A stretch of DNA of 64,000 nucleotides from an uncultured delta proteobacterium (GCA_963745025.1 CAVUWD010000020.1:160001-224000); one strand, 5' to 3'; counted from the first letter of the stretch, positions 28,866-39,493 are shown. Notes: a model not told the origin generated them from the letters alone. Numbers and translations are program-made.

Positions 28866-30209
28866 ATGCGCTACATCCCGCACACCGAGGCCGACGTCGC
28901 CGCGATGCTCGGCACGATCGGCCTGCGATCCCTAGACGACCTCGTCGCTCACATTCCGGCTGCTCTGCGCCGGCAGGCCACGCTCGACGTTCCGAACGGG
29001 CTCGGCGAAGCCGACGTCACGGCACGTCTCGCGGCGCTCGCCGCGAAGAACCGCGTGGCGCCGAGCCTTCTCTGCTTCGCCGGGGCCGGCGCCTACCCGC
29101 ACTTCATTCCGTCGGTCGTCGATCACGTGATCCTCCGCAGCGAGTTCGCGACCGCCTACACCCCGTACCAGCCCGAGGTCAGTCAGGGCACGCTGCAGGC
29201 GACGTTCGAATTTCAGACGCTCATCGCATCACTCAGCGGTCTCGAAGTGGCCAACGCGAGCATGTACGACGGCTCGACGGCGACGGCCGAAGCTGTGCTG
29301 ATGGCGAAGCGGCTCGCCCCGAAGGCCGGCCGGGTTCTCGTCGCGGCCTCGTTGCCGCCGCAGTACCGTGAAGTCGTCCGCACCTATCTCGAGGGGCTCG
29401 GCGGCCTCGAGTCCGAGGAGGTCCCGTTCGGCGCCGACGGTCGGGTCGACCTCGCGGCGCTCGAGCGACGGTTGACTGCCGCGCCCGCGGCCGTCGTCGT
29501 CGGCTACCCCAACTTCTTCGGCGTGATCGAGGACCTGCAGGCGATCGCCACAAAGACGACAGCCGCCGGCACGCTGCTGGTCACCGTGACACCCGAAGCG
29601 ATGGCGCTCGGGCTGCTCCGTCCTCCCGGCGCGCTCGGCGCCGACATCGCGGTCGGAGAAGGCCAGAGCTTCGGCATCCCGCTGTCGTTCGGCGGGCCCT
29701 ACCTCGGCCTCTTCGCGACTCGTGAGCGCTTCGTGCGCAGCATGCCCGGGAGGCTCGTCGGTGAGACCGTGGACGAGCAGGGGCGCCGCGGCTACGTGCT
29801 CACGCTCGCCACGCGCGAGCAGCACATCCGGCGCGAGCGGGCGACGTCGAACATCTGTACGAACCAGAGTCTGTGTGCGCTGGCGGCGACCGTGTTCCTG
29901 GCGCTCGTTGGCCGCCGCGGGCTGCGCGAGCTCGCGGAGCGCAATGCACGCAAGGCTCGCCATGCGCTGCGTTGCCTTCGCGAGCGGGCCGGAGCGGAGC
30001 TCGTGTTCTCGGCACCGTTCTTCAACGAGTTCGCGGTTTATCTGCCGAACGCCCGCGTTCGCTACGAGCGGGCTTTCGAGCGCGGCGTGCTCGCCGGCGT
30101 GCCGCTCGGCCAGTGGTTCCCGGCGCTCGAGGATGCGCTCCTCGTCTGCGCGACCGAAGTGCATTCGGCGGACGACATCGACCGCTTGGCGGAAGCGCTG
30201 GTTGAATGA
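28866..30209 (+). CDS. gcvPA: glycine dehydrogenase subunit 1
   Basis: MRYIPHT, TAYTPYQPE.SQG, ANASMYDG, REQHIRRE.ATSNICTNQ. Confidence 0.97.
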   Translation: MRYIPHTEADVAAMLGTIGLRSLDDLVAHIPAALRRQATLDVPNGLGEADVTARLAALAAKNRVAPSLLCFAGAGAYPHFIPSVVDHVILRSEFATAYTPYQPEVSQGTLQATFEFQTLIASLSGLEVANASMYDGSTATAEAVLMAKRLAPKAGRVLVAASLPPQYREVVRTYLEGLGGLESEEVPFGADGRVDLAALERRLTAAPAAVVVGYPNFFGVIEDLQAIATKTTAAGTLLVTVTPEAMALGLLRPPGALGADIAVGEGQSFGIPLSFGGPYLGLFATRERFVRSMPGRLVGETVDEQGRRGYVLTLATREQHIRRERATSNICTNQSLCALAATVFLALVGRRGLRELAERNARKARHALRCLRERAGAELVFSAPFFNEFAVYLPNARVRYERAFERGVLAGVPLGQWFPALEDALLVCATEVHSADDIDRLAEALVE

Positions 30210-31693
30210 GCGGGGCGGACGAATCCCGAGGCCTTTCGCTCGACGAGTTGCCCCTCTTCGAGCGCGGATCGGGCGGCCGGCGCGGTTACACGCTGCCTTT
30301 GCTTGCCGAGCGCGAGCGCGACGCTGAGTCGCTTCCCGCGGAGCTTTGCCGCGATGATCTCGACGACTTCCCCGAGCTCTCCGAGATGGAGGTGGTGCGC
30401 CATTTCCTTCGCTTGTCGCAGTGGAACTTCAGCGCCGCGACGAACTTCTATCCACTGGGCTCCTGCACGATGAAGTACAACCCGGTGCTGAACGAGAAGA
30501 TCGCGCGTCTGTCGGGCTTCGCCGAGCTCCATCCGCTGACGCCGACGCCGGCGGCGCAAGGAGCGCTCGAGCTGATGGCGAGGCTCGAAGCGCTGCTCGC
30601 CGAGGTGAGCGGCATGGACGCGGTGAGCCTGCAGCCCGCCGCGGGAGCCCACGGGGAGCTCGCGGGCATGAAGATGATCCGCGCGCACCACGTGAGCCGC
30701 GGAAGCCCGCGGCGGAAGGTCTTGATTCCGCAGAGCGCCCACGGCACGAATCCCGCGAGCTCGGCGCTCTGCGGTTATCGGGTCGTGCCGGTTGCCTCGA
30801 ACGACGAGGGGATGATCGATCCTGCGGCCGTCGCACCCCTGGTCGATGCCGAGACGGCGGCAATCATGGTCACCAACCCGAACACGCTCGGGCTCTTCGA
30901 GAAGGACATCGTGCGCATCGCCGGTGCGGTTCACGAGAAGGGGGGCCTCGTCTATTTCGACGGCGCGAACATGAATGCGCTCCTCGGGGTGGCCAAGCCG
31001 GGACACATGGGCGCGGACGTCCTGCAATTCAACTTGCACAAGACGTTCTCGACGCCGCACGGTGGAGGCGGACCGGGCGCCGGACCCGTGGCGGTGAAGC
31101 GGGTACTGGCCGACTACTTGCCGGTGCCGCGCCTCGTTCGCGGGGAGGCCGGCTACCGCCTGAGCGACGACTTCCCGAAGTCGATCGGCCGGATCCGAGC
31201 GTTCTTCGGTAACTTCGGCATGCTGGTCCGCGCCTACGCGTACATGATCTCGCTCGGCGGCGACGGCATGCGATGGGCGACGCAGATGGCCATCCTCAAC
31301 GCCAATTACGTGCGCAAGCGTCTCGAAGGCGTGCTCGAGCTCGCCTACCATGGCCCGTGCCTCCACGAATGCGTATTCTCAGACTCGAAGCTCGAGCCGC
31401 TCGGTATCAAGACATTGGATCTCGCCAAGCGACTCCTCGACTACGGCTTCTACGCGCCCACGATCTATTTCCCGCTGATCGTCAGCGGCGCCATCATGAT
31501 CGAGCCGACGGAATCGGAGACCCGCGAGACGCTCGACGAGTTCATCGCCGCCGTGGAGGCGATCGTCGGCGAGGCTCGCGAGCACCCCGAGCGGGTGAAG
31601 AACGCGCCGCACCGCACACGCGTCTCTCGCCTCGATGAGGTGCGCGCCGCGCGTCAGCCGAAGCTCCGCTGGCGCAAAGCGAGCATCGAATGA
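30206..31693 (+). CDS. gcvPB: glycine dehydrogenase subunit 2
   Basis: YPLGSCTMKYNP, AHGTNPAS, NLHKTFSTPHGGGGPG, MIEPTESE. Confidence 0.97.
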   Translation: MSGADESRGLSLDELPLFERGSGGRRGYTLPLLAERERDAESLPAELCRDDLDDFPELSEMEVVRHFLRLSQWNFSAATNFYPLGSCTMKYNPVLNEKIARLSGFAELHPLTPTPAAQGALELMARLEALLAEVSGMDAVSLQPAAGAHGELAGMKMIRAHHVSRGSPRRKVLIPQSAHGTNPASSALCGYRVVPVASNDEGMIDPAAVAPLVDAETAAIMVTNPNTLGLFEKDIVRIAGAVHEKGGLVYFDGANMNALLGVAKPGHMGADVLQFNLHKTFSTPHGGGGPGAGPVAVKRVLADYLPVPRLVRGEAGYRLSDDFPKSIGRIRAFFGNFGMLVRAYAYMISLGGDGMRWATQMAILNANYVRKRLEGVLELAYHGPCLHECVFSDSKLEPLGIKTLDLAKRLLDYGFYAPTIYFPLIVSGAIMIEPTESETRETLDEFIAAVEAIVGEAREHPERVKNAPHRTRVSRLDEVRAARQPKLRWRKASIE

Positions 31694-32148
31694 ACTCTGG
31701 CCGCGCGTGGTGTCTCTCGGCGTCGGTTTTCGTCGGTGCGGCGGCGTGCAGCTCCCACGTATCTCCGAGCGCCGTCTCATGGCGCGCGGACGCGCCCGTC
31801 ATAGCGCCCGCGGAATCGCCGCCGGACGGGAGCGGCGACGGCGTCTTGATCGTCGCGACCGACAGAGACGAGACGCAGATCGGCAGCAACTACTACTACG
31901 CCGTCCGCCGACCCTACGAGATCCATGGGGCCGACGGACAGCTCGTCGCTCGGATTCAGAACCAAGGGTGGCGACAGGGAGAGGAGCCGGAAAAGATCCT
32001 CCTCCCTCCCGGTCGGTACGTCGTGACCTCGATGTACGGAACCGTCTATCGACGCGTGCAGGTGGAGATCGGTGCCGGCGCGACGACCGAGGTGAGCGAG
32101 GACACGTTGCGCCACGCGTCGGCGGTCTTCCCGACGAGCAGCCCGTAG
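31690..32148 (+). CDS. hypothetical lipoprotein with a beta-sandwich (PEGA-like) segment
   Basis: lipobox-like AAAC, LPPGRY.V and V.I.AG.TT patterns; ATGA overlap with gcvPB. Confidence 0.65.
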   Translation: MNSGRAWCLSASVFVGAAACSSHVSPSAVSWRADAPVIAPAESPPDGSGDGVLIVATDRDETQIGSNYYYAVRRPYEIHGADGQLVARIQNQGWRQGEEPEKILLPPGRYVVTSMYGTVYRRVQVEIGAGATTEVSEDTLRHASAVFPTSSP

Positions 32149-32363
32149 CCTGTCCTGCTTCCACGCTCGCCGGGGCGCGGTGGCCCGGGCTTCCAAGAAG
32201 CAGCGTGCGGCGTTGCTCGCGGCGGCTGGGGCACGCCGTCCTCGATCATCCTCTTCTGCCCCGCTCCCATTGGCGGGCAGCCGCGGAATACGGAGCCATG
32301 GCGATCTAGAGGTCGCCAGCGAATTACTGCGACTGGCGCGTGGCCGACGCCAGCAGCGCACGT

Positions 32364-32696
32364 CTAGCGTTTCTTCTCGATCAGAATCTCGCGGTAACGG
32401 TGGCGACCGGCGTTGCGTGCGATGTGCGTTGCCGGCGCACGCAGCCCCTTGTCATCGTTGGACACGAGCCCGTCACCCTCACACTTGAGGGAGAATACGT
32501 CGGCGGTTCGTGCCTCGAAGGCGCCGAGCGGAGTGCCCCCCGCATCGAAAACCTCCAGCCTCGAACCCTCGAGAACGTAGAACACGTAGTTCTTGTCGTG
32601 CGTATGGCACGCCGTCCGCTCGCCCGGCTCGAGCGCGAACTCCCAGAGGATGATCCGCTCGTCCTCGAAGAGCTTCGTCGTTTCCACGTTTCCCAT
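32364..32696 (-). CDS. small cupin-fold protein
   Basis: GAGGAG RBS; LFEDERI..WE..LEPGE....HTH, H.ARN.G...YREILIE.K. Confidence 0.8.
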   Translation of the reverse strand: MGNVETTKLFEDERIILWEFALEPGERTACHTHDKNYVFYVLEGSRLEVFDAGGTPLGAFEARTADVFSLKCEGDGLVSNDDKGLRAPATHIARNAGRHRYREILIEKKR

Positions 32697-32885
32697 CGGT
32701 CTACTCCTCTGCGGGCCAGCGGCCCGCGTCAAACGGAAGATGCCACGGATCGGCGGCGCACTATGGGCGGGCGCGACTCTCACGGCATACCGTCGCGACG
32801 TCGCCACCACGTGGGAGTCATTCGAGTCGGCGCGAACGATGACGATTGGCTGTCTACCGTGCGGCCGCTTCGCCGAGCAACGCCG

Positions 32886-33290
32886 TCAGGCGAGCGTTTT
32901 GTTATAGGCCGCGGTCTCGACCAGGGCGGTGTCGAGGTACTCGATGACTTCCGATATTTTGCCGTCGCGGAGACGGAACACGAATGCATAGTCGTTGTCG
33001 TAGGGGAGGCCGTGAATGGTCTTGGCCTTCCCGCGCGCGAGCGCGACCACGCGCTCGCCGTCACCGATGAGCTCCTCTACCGTGAGGACGATGTCACCCA
33101 CGATCTGCTTGCGCCAGGGCGTGAAGAAGTCCTCCACGATCTGCCGCAGGCCGCGGTAGACCCCCGACACCGGGGTGGTCCCTTTCAACGTGTAAACGAT
33201 GTCGTCCGTGAACAGGCCAAAGGCGCTTTGCGCGTCACCCTTTGCGATGAGGTCGAACCACTTCTGAACGGTCTCTCGGCTACTCGGCAT
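32886..33290 (-). CDS. SnoaL/NTF2-like protein
   Basis: SG.Y.G, GERVV, YDNDY.FVF...DGKI....EY.DT. Confidence 0.88.
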   Translation of the reverse strand: MPSSRETVQKWFDLIAKGDAQSAFGLFTDDIVYTLKGTTPVSGVYRGLRQIVEDFFTPWRKQIVGDIVLTVEELIGDGERVVALARGKAKTIHGLPYDNDYAFVFRLRDGKISEVIEYLDTALVETAAYNKTLA

Positions 33291-33392
33291 GGGTGCGTTC
33301 TCCCTCTCGTTGGGTTCGGGGTCTAGGAATTGCCGCTGCCAACGTGCGAACCGCCGTCTCGTTCCGCGAATGGTGCAAGCGATGCACCGCTC

Positions 33393-34547
33393 CTAGAGCA
33401 GCCCCGCCCCGAAGATCCAGTGGGCTCCTGGCTGGAGTCGCCCATTCTCGTCGCGTCCGTACCAGACCGAGGCGTTGAGCGCGAACACGAAGTGAATGCG
33501 ACCGTCTTCGGCGATGGCTTGTGCCGGAGGATTTTGGTCGAAGAAGATACTGTCGTTCAGCGTGCCGAGAAGCACGCGATCGCTCGATAGATTTCCCGAG
33601 CGCTGCTTGAGGTAGACCTCGACGCGCCGGCCGTCCGGGGTCATCACCGCTTCGACCTCCACGTTGTCGCGGCCCTGCGGCACGTTGCCGGCGTAGATCT
33701 GCTCCTTGAACTCCATGCTGAAGGACTGGAACACGCGCAGACCGACCCGACGTACGAACGGAGCGAAGCGGTCGGCCTTGGTGTTGAGGAGCGTGAAGTT
33801 GCCCTCGCGGATGTCGGGCAAATAGTCGGGCGTGCCGCGTTGGCCAGGATCTGCCCAGAGCTCGGGACGGGCGAGGGAGGCGAGATCCCGCTTTCCGCCT
33901 TCGGCCGTCTTTTGATCATCTCCCGACTCCCCCTTGCGCAGCGCCGGGTCGCGAGCCAGTTCCGAGGGACGGACGAAGAGATCGCTGAGGCCAACCGTCG
34001 GGGCGGTGTGGGTCGAAGGAGAGGAGGGCTGCGGCTCGGTCTTGGCGACCGCCGAGCCTCGCTCCTTGCCTTGCGCGTCTCCCTTGCTCTTGGTGGCCGG
34101 TTGCTTGTCCGCTGCCGAAGGCTTTGCGTTGTCGAGCTTGGCAGGTTGTTGCGGCGGCTTGGCGGGAGGTGCGGGCTCGCCGCGCTTGATCATCTCCTCG
34201 ATCGCTTTGCTGTCTCGGTCACTGAAGAGACGGGCCTTCTCGGGTGTCTGTTCCGGACTGTCGGGTGGGCTGACGATCTGGTTCTTCGGCGGCGGTACGG
34301 CTTCCTCGGCCGGTGCCGGCGGAGCCTTCTCGGCGGGCTTGGCCTGCGCCTGCGACTGTGCTTTTGCCGATGCGCTCTCCTGCGGCTGCAGCAGCGCGAC
34401 CTCGAAGGGGGGGGACGCGGGCTCGACCGAGCGCAGCGCGCGAACGGCGAACATCAGGACGAGGAGCGCGTGAATCAGGATCGACAGCGCGAACGGGAGA
34501 AACAAGCTCCCCTGGCGATCCAGCGAAACGTCGGCCGTGTTCGCCAT
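33393..34547 (-). CDS. TonB-like energy transducer (TM helix, Pro/Ala/Lys-rich linker, TonB-C-like domain)
   Basis: LSILIHALL TM (SxxxH), low-complexity linker, DYLPD..EG..TLLNT....FA.F..RV, SG....D. Confidence 0.7.
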   Translation of the reverse strand: MANTADVSLDRQGSLFLPFALSILIHALLVLMFAVRALRSVEPASPPFEVALLQPQESASAKAQSQAQAKPAEKAPPAPAEEAVPPPKNQIVSPPDSPEQTPEKARLFSDRDSKAIEEMIKRGEPAPPAKPPQQPAKLDNAKPSAADKQPATKSKGDAQGKERGSAVAKTEPQPSSPSTHTAPTVGLSDLFVRPSELARDPALRKGESGDDQKTAEGGKRDLASLARPELWADPGQRGTPDYLPDIREGNFTLLNTKADRFAPFVRRVGLRVFQSFSMEFKEQIYAGNVPQGRDNVEVEAVMTPDGRRVEVYLKQRSGNLSSDRVLLGTLNDSIFFDQNPPAQAIAEDGRIHFVFALNASVWYGRDENGRLQPGAHWIFGAGLL

Positions 34548-34675
34548 GTCCGGGCAAGTCTAACCAAAAGCGCCCACACTGGCTAGGCGGTGGCTAGGCA
34601 GCCCCGTCCGTTGGCCCCGTCCGTTGCCTTGCAGGCCGCCCGGGTTGCGGCTACTGTCCACGGTGAGGGCGAAGC

Positions 34676-34876
34676 ATGTTCGGACTCGGTTTTGGCGAGC
34701 TGATGGTCATCCTGTTGATCGTCGTCGTGGTGTTCGGCGCCGGAAAGCTCGGCGACGTCGGCGGTGATTTCGGGCGAGCCATCCGCAATTTTCGCAAGGC
34801 TCTCAACGAACCGGAAGCGATCGACGTGACGCCGAAGGCCGGGGAAGCGAAAGAGGAAGAGGCGGAGAAGAAGTAG
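34676..34876 (+). CDS. tatA: twin-arginine translocase TatA/E
   Basis: MFGLG..EL.VIL....VVFGAGKL...G...G.AIRNFRK. Confidence 0.93.
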   Translation: MFGLGFGELMVILLIVVVVFGAGKLGDVGGDFGRAIRNFRKALNEPEAIDVTPKAGEAKEEEAEKK

Positions 34877-34890
34877 AGCGGGCCTTACGG

Positions 34891-35910
34891 TCAGGACGTC
34901 GATGCCTGCGCCGCCGCCACCCTCGTCGTGAACTCCTTCAAACCGCGCGGCGCATTCAGGAACACGACGCTGAACCCCGCCGACTCGCCCGGGCGGATTT
35001 CGAAGCGTTTGGGCGGCTCGAGGCGCTGGAGAAGCGAGATTTCCTTCGTCGATAGATCTTTGACGATCTTCAGCGACATCGCGTTGCCGCAGTAGATGCT
35101 CTTGGTCTCTACCGGCTTACCGTTCTGGTCGTAGATGGCGCTCTCGATCTGCACGCCCTTCAGCGACTCGGCCGAAGTGTTGACCGCACGCCCGGAGACG
35201 ATGAACACGAAGCGGTCGTCCTTGATCTGCTGATAGGCGCCCTCGACGTCCTGCAGCTGCACGCGGGTCTGCAGCAGATGATCCTCTGCCAGCATGTTGC
35301 CGATGATCGGCACGCTCGCGAGCAGCTTCGTGGCCTGGGCCGGATGGTTGAGCAGATCGAGTGCGAGGATCGCGTAGAGGATGACGAGAATCGTGAGGTA
35401 CAGAAGATACGGTCGACCGGGGTCGCGTCCGCTCTCCTCCGCCCCGCGCAGTGGCTCCTCGCCGCGCACGAAGCGAGGCTCATCGTCTGCGACGTCGTGC
35501 TCGGCATCGAACGCGTCGGAGGGGTCGTCCTGCTCATCGTCTTCGGCGAAGGAAAAGTTGCGATCCGCTGGCGGCGTTTGCGGAGAGAAGGCACGCGGCG
35601 GCTCGCCGTCGCTCTCGCTCTCTTTGCCCTCCGTAGGGCTCGACCGTGAAAACGAGAACGATAACGAATCGACGTCGCGGCGCTCGGCCGCCTTGCGCGG
35701 CTCCACTCGAGGCAGCTCCGACGGTTGCGGCTCGGAGGCGGGAGGAGGCGCCGCCTGCGCGGGTTCGAGGGGCCCCGGCACTTCGCTCGTGCTCTCCGCC
35801 TCGTAGGCGAAGATATGGCTGCAGCGCGAGCACTTGAACGTCTGATCGCGCTCGAGAACGCCCGTCTCCATACGGTAGCGAGCCCGGCAGCGCGGGCATT
35901 CGACGATCAA
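34891..35910 (-). CDS. MJ0042-type zinc-ribbon + TM + DUF3426 protein
   Basis: CPRC...CSRC, acidic Pro-rich linker, single TM, G...N and I.PGES..F.VVF. Confidence 0.8.
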   Translation of the reverse strand: MIVECPRCRARYRMETGVLERDQTFKCSRCSHIFAYEAESTSEVPGPLEPAQAAPPPASEPQPSELPRVEPRKAAERRDVDSLSFSFSRSSPTEGKESESDGEPPRAFSPQTPPADRNFSFAEDDEQDDPSDAFDAEHDVADDEPRFVRGEEPLRGAEESGRDPGRPYLLYLTILVILYAILALDLLNHPAQATKLLASVPIIGNMLAEDHLLQTRVQLQDVEGAYQQIKDDRFVFIVSGRAVNTSAESLKGVQIESAIYDQNGKPVETKSIYCGNAMSLKIVKDLSTKEISLLQRLEPPKRFEIRPGESAGFSVVFLNAPRGLKEFTTRVAAAQASTS

Positions 35911-36050
35911 CGAGGACCTCTCACTTCGAGCCGAATTGTAGAGGACGGCGGAGACAATTCAACCCACGGTCGCATGCGTAGCTCAGGGAGCAAGGAGCAT
36001 GCGTCATGGATCGCTCCCGTTGGTCGCGATCCCGGCTCCGGCCGTGCAGG

Positions 36051-38576
36051 CTACTGAGCAAGCGCCGAGGCGTCGAGCACGACGAGGTGGCCGGCCGTGA
36101 GATCCGACACGAAGACCCGGCCGTCGGTTGCGACCGCGACCCCAGTCGGGCGGCCGAGAGTGACCGATCCGACGGCGCCGTCGATCGACTTCTTGAGCGT
36201 GCCGAGCGGGTCGTAGGCGTTCACGCGGTGGTTGAACGAGTCGGTCACCCAAAGGGTGCCGGTATGCACGGCGAGATACGGCTCCGAATAGAACTCCTGC
36301 CATCCGAACACGGTCCAGACGCCGCGGAATTTTCCGTCGAGATCGAACGACTGCACGCGATGATTGCCGGTGTCGGCGACATAGAGAATCTTCGTCTGCG
36401 GATCGACCGCAAGGCCCACCGGCTCGACGAACTTACCGGGCTCGCTTCCTTCTCCGCCGAAGGCGAGGAGCTTTTGCCCCCCGGGGTCGTAGGCGAGGAT
36501 GCGTTTGTTGCCGGTATCGGCGACGAAGATCGCGCCGTTCGGGGCCACGGCGACCGACCGCGGACCCCAGAATCCGGGATTCTCTTCGTGCCAATCGAGA
36601 ACGAAGCGCCCGTCCGCGTCGAGCTTCTCGATGCGGTGGTTCCACGTATCGGCGACGTAAATGGATCCGTCGGATGCCGCGGCCACTCCGCAGGGCTGGC
36701 GGAATTGGCCGGGCCCGTCGCCGGGGCCCGGCCCTCCCCAGACCGCGAGCACTCGACCGTCAGGCGCGAGCTTCTGGATGCGGTTGTTCTCGGTGTCGGC
36801 GACGAGCAGGTTGCCGTCGCGATCGAAGGACAGGCCGCGGGGCGAGGCGAACTGCCCGGGAGACGCGCCAGGAGCGCCGATCACGCGCCCGCCGGTCTGC
36901 GCGGCGCTCGCCACGTACTCGCGGGCGGCCGGTGCCGGGCGGAGCGTGACGGGCGGCAAGACCTTGTGAGGCGCGAGATCGTTGGCGACGAACATGACGG
37001 CGTCGGTCGTGCCGGTGGGACTCCACACCCGACGCGCGAGCAGGAAGCGAAGCAAGACCTGCGGCGTCATCTTCTGCCAGTCGATCACCCACCAGCCGCG
37101 CACGGCGAAGCGCGTAGCCGTGTAGCGGCCGCCGAGGTCTTTCTCCAGCCGCGTCGCATCGCCCGGATCGACGATCAGGATCGGCGCGCTGGTCTCCTTG
37201 GGCAGCGAATTCCACCACACCGGATAGCCGCGCAGATACCAGCTGAGCGGCCAGGTGGCATCGCCGACGACGACCATCGGCGTTTCTTTCCCCGTGCCGA
37301 GCGTGCGGCCGACCTCCTCGATCTTGGCCACGATCTTCGTAATGTCGTACGTCGATTGCACGTAGACCAGCGGCTCAAAATGCGCCTCGGCGGGCGGCTC
37401 CGTCATGCGCAGGGCGTCGTAGAGGAAGTTCGACGCGACCAGCGACCAGACGCTGAAGGCGGCGAGCGGCGACCACCAGAGAAGCCGGCCGAGCTTCTGC
37501 CGCGCGAAGAAGTGAGCCGCGAGCACGGTTTGCGGCAGCAGCACGGGCACGAGCAGCCAGGGCACCTTCTCCTGCGCCCAGGCGTAGAGCGCGAAGGCGA
37601 GCAACGTCCACGCGAGAAACAGCACGTCCACCCGCGTCGCGGCGCCGCGGCGCACCCACGAGACGATCGTGGCGAGCGCCGGAAAGAAGATCAGCGCTTC
37701 GTAGCCGAGCTCGAGCGGCAGGTAGTACCACCAGGGGCCGCCGATGCGTGGTTTCTCGTGCATCCCCCACCAGTAGCGTAGGGCGCGCGCGGTCGCGTTC
37801 CATTCGTCCGGGCGCGTGAGCAGCGAGGTGTACAGCACCAGCGCGATCGTCAGCGCGATCACCACCCCCGTGGCCACGGGAATCCACGACCGCTTGGTCC
37901 AGGCGAGCACGTCGCGCGCCCATGCGACCGCACGGGCGCCGAGCGTCGAACGGGAGCCGCGGATCGGGCCGATGCCGACGAGCCAGAGCGCGTTGGCAAA
38001 GATGAAGGCGCTCAGATAAATGTCCTCCTTGGTCGCCGCGGCGAAGCCGATCGCGACGCCCGCGAGGTAGGCGTGGCGGCGAAGGCCGCTACGGATGAAA
38101 TACAGGAAGGCGACCAGCGCGGCGAACGTGAAGAACGCGATCGGGACATCATGGCGTAGAGAACGGGAGTAGTAGCCGAAGGTGGGAGAGAGGGTCACGA
38201 GCGTCGCATAGAACAGTGCTTCGCGTCGCCCGATCAGCGTGCGCAGCGGCCAGGCCAACGCCACGAGCCCGAGCCCGCACACGGCCGGCAACAACCGCGT
38301 CGAGGCTTCCGATTGGCCGAACAACCATTCGAAGGGCGCCGTCAGGTAATAGAGAGCCGGACCGTGATAGACGGGATCGTAGCGGTAATCCGAGGGCCCG
38401 ATGGTGAAGATTCGCCAGGAATAGTACGCGTGGATCGACTCGTCGTGGTGGAGCGGACGGTGGCCGAGCCAGAGAAGGCGCAGCACGCCGACGAGGACCA
38501 GCAGCGAAAAATAGAGCAGGTGCTCGAGTCGCAGACGCCAGAAGATCGGCCGATCGAGATCGAAATGGTTCTGCAT
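36051..38576 (-). CDS. TIGR03663 (Agl23-like, PMT-related GT-C) membrane protein fused to an NHL-repeat beta-propeller
   Basis: HHDESIH (DE), YDPVYHGP (HGP), TKE, EKVPWL, LVYVQS; C-terminal F..P.G.A....G..YVADT.N.RI repeats. Confidence 0.88.
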   Translation of the reverse strand: MQNHFDLDRPIFWRLRLEHLLYFSLLVLVGVLRLLWLGHRPLHHDESIHAYYSWRIFTIGPSDYRYDPVYHGPALYYLTAPFEWLFGQSEASTRLLPAVCGLGLVALAWPLRTLIGRREALFYATLVTLSPTFGYYSRSLRHDVPIAFFTFAALVAFLYFIRSGLRRHAYLAGVAIGFAAATKEDIYLSAFIFANALWLVGIGPIRGSRSTLGARAVAWARDVLAWTKRSWIPVATGVVIALTIALVLYTSLLTRPDEWNATARALRYWWGMHEKPRIGGPWWYYLPLELGYEALIFFPALATIVSWVRRGAATRVDVLFLAWTLLAFALYAWAQEKVPWLLVPVLLPQTVLAAHFFARQKLGRLLWWSPLAAFSVWSLVASNFLYDALRMTEPPAEAHFEPLVYVQSTYDITKIVAKIEEVGRTLGTGKETPMVVVGDATWPLSWYLRGYPVWWNSLPKETSAPILIVDPGDATRLEKDLGGRYTATRFAVRGWWVIDWQKMTPQVLLRFLLARRVWSPTGTTDAVMFVANDLAPHKVLPPVTLRPAPAAREYVASAAQTGGRVIGAPGASPGQFASPRGLSFDRDGNLLVADTENNRIQKLAPDGRVLAVWGGPGPGDGPGQFRQPCGVAAASDGSIYVADTWNHRIEKLDADGRFVLDWHEENPGFWGPRSVAVAPNGAIFVADTGNKRILAYDPGGQKLLAFGGEGSEPGKFVEPVGLAVDPQTKILYVADTGNHRVQSFDLDGKFRGVWTVFGWQEFYSEPYLAVHTGTLWVTDSFNHRVNAYDPLGTLKKSIDGAVGSVTLGRPTGVAVATDGRVFVSDLTAGHLVVLDASALAQ

Positions 38577-38764
38577 TCGGGGGTCGCCGGTTCTTAGATG
38601 GTGCCTACCCGCGAGTCAATTCTGCGCGCAGCGGATCGTTCCGGGACCTCGCGAAGGGGGCGTTGCGGCCCTGTGCCGATCGTTCCTTCACAGATGATTC
38701 CGAAGCGACGGAAGCGATTCCGGTGAAGCGGCGGCGTCCCCTCGGCGCGGCATCGATCGCCCGA

Positions 38765-39493
38765 ATGACCCACTACCCACTCATGACCTCGGTCGTCTTT
38801 CCCTGTTTCAACGAGGAAGCAAGAATTTTGCCGACCCTCGAGCGCGCCGTTGGCTTTCTCGAGGGTCGTGGCGCGCGCTGGGAGATCGTCGTCGTCGACG
38901 ATGGCAGCCGGGACCGGACGAGCGAGCTCGTCCGCGCCCGCTTCGCCGCCCTGGCCGCGGTTCGAGTGCTGCGTTACGAGACGAACCACGGCAAGGGCTT
39001 CGCCGTGCGCGAAGGTGTCTTTGCCAGTCGGGGCGAGCTCGCGCTCTTCAGCGATGCCGATCTTTCGACGCCGATCGAGGAGCTCACCAAGCTGGAGGCC
39101 AAGGCGGGTGAGGGCTTCGACGTCGTGGTGGCGAGTCGCGTGGTCGCGGGCGCCCGCATCTTGACGCCGCAACCGACCCGTCGGCGAGTTTCGGGGCTGG
39201 TGTTCCGTTCGCTCGTTCGCGGCCTCGGGCTGAGCTCTCTCCACGATACGCAGTGCGGCTTCAAGCTGCTGCGGCGCGCGACCGTCGAGCCGATTCTGCG
39301 CGCGATCGAGACCAATGGATTCGCCTTCGACGTCGAGCTGCTGGCCCGAGCCGAGCGCGCCGGGCTCCGCATCGCCGAGGTGCCGGTCGATTGGAGCGAC
39401 GCGAAAGGGAGCAAGGTGCGGCTGTTCCCCGACGCGCTGCGTATGGCCAGCGACCTCATGCGCATGCGGCTTCGGCTGGCGACGCCGAGCTGA
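38765..39493 (+). CDS. polyprenol-phosphate glycosyltransferase (GT2, DPG/DPM-synthase-like)
   Basis: P.FNE, VVDDGSRD, N.GKG.AV, DADLSTP, DTQCGFK, FAFDVE, E.PV.W. Confidence 0.92.
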   Translation: MTHYPLMTSVVFPCFNEEARILPTLERAVGFLEGRGARWEIVVVDDGSRDRTSELVRARFAALAAVRVLRYETNHGKGFAVREGVFASRGELALFSDADLSTPIEELTKLEAKAGEGFDVVVASRVVAGARILTPQPTRRRVSGLVFRSLVRGLGLSSLHDTQCGFKLLRRATVEPILRAIETNGFAFDVELLARAERAGLRIAEVPVDWSDAKGSKVRLFPDALRMASDLMRMRLRLATPS

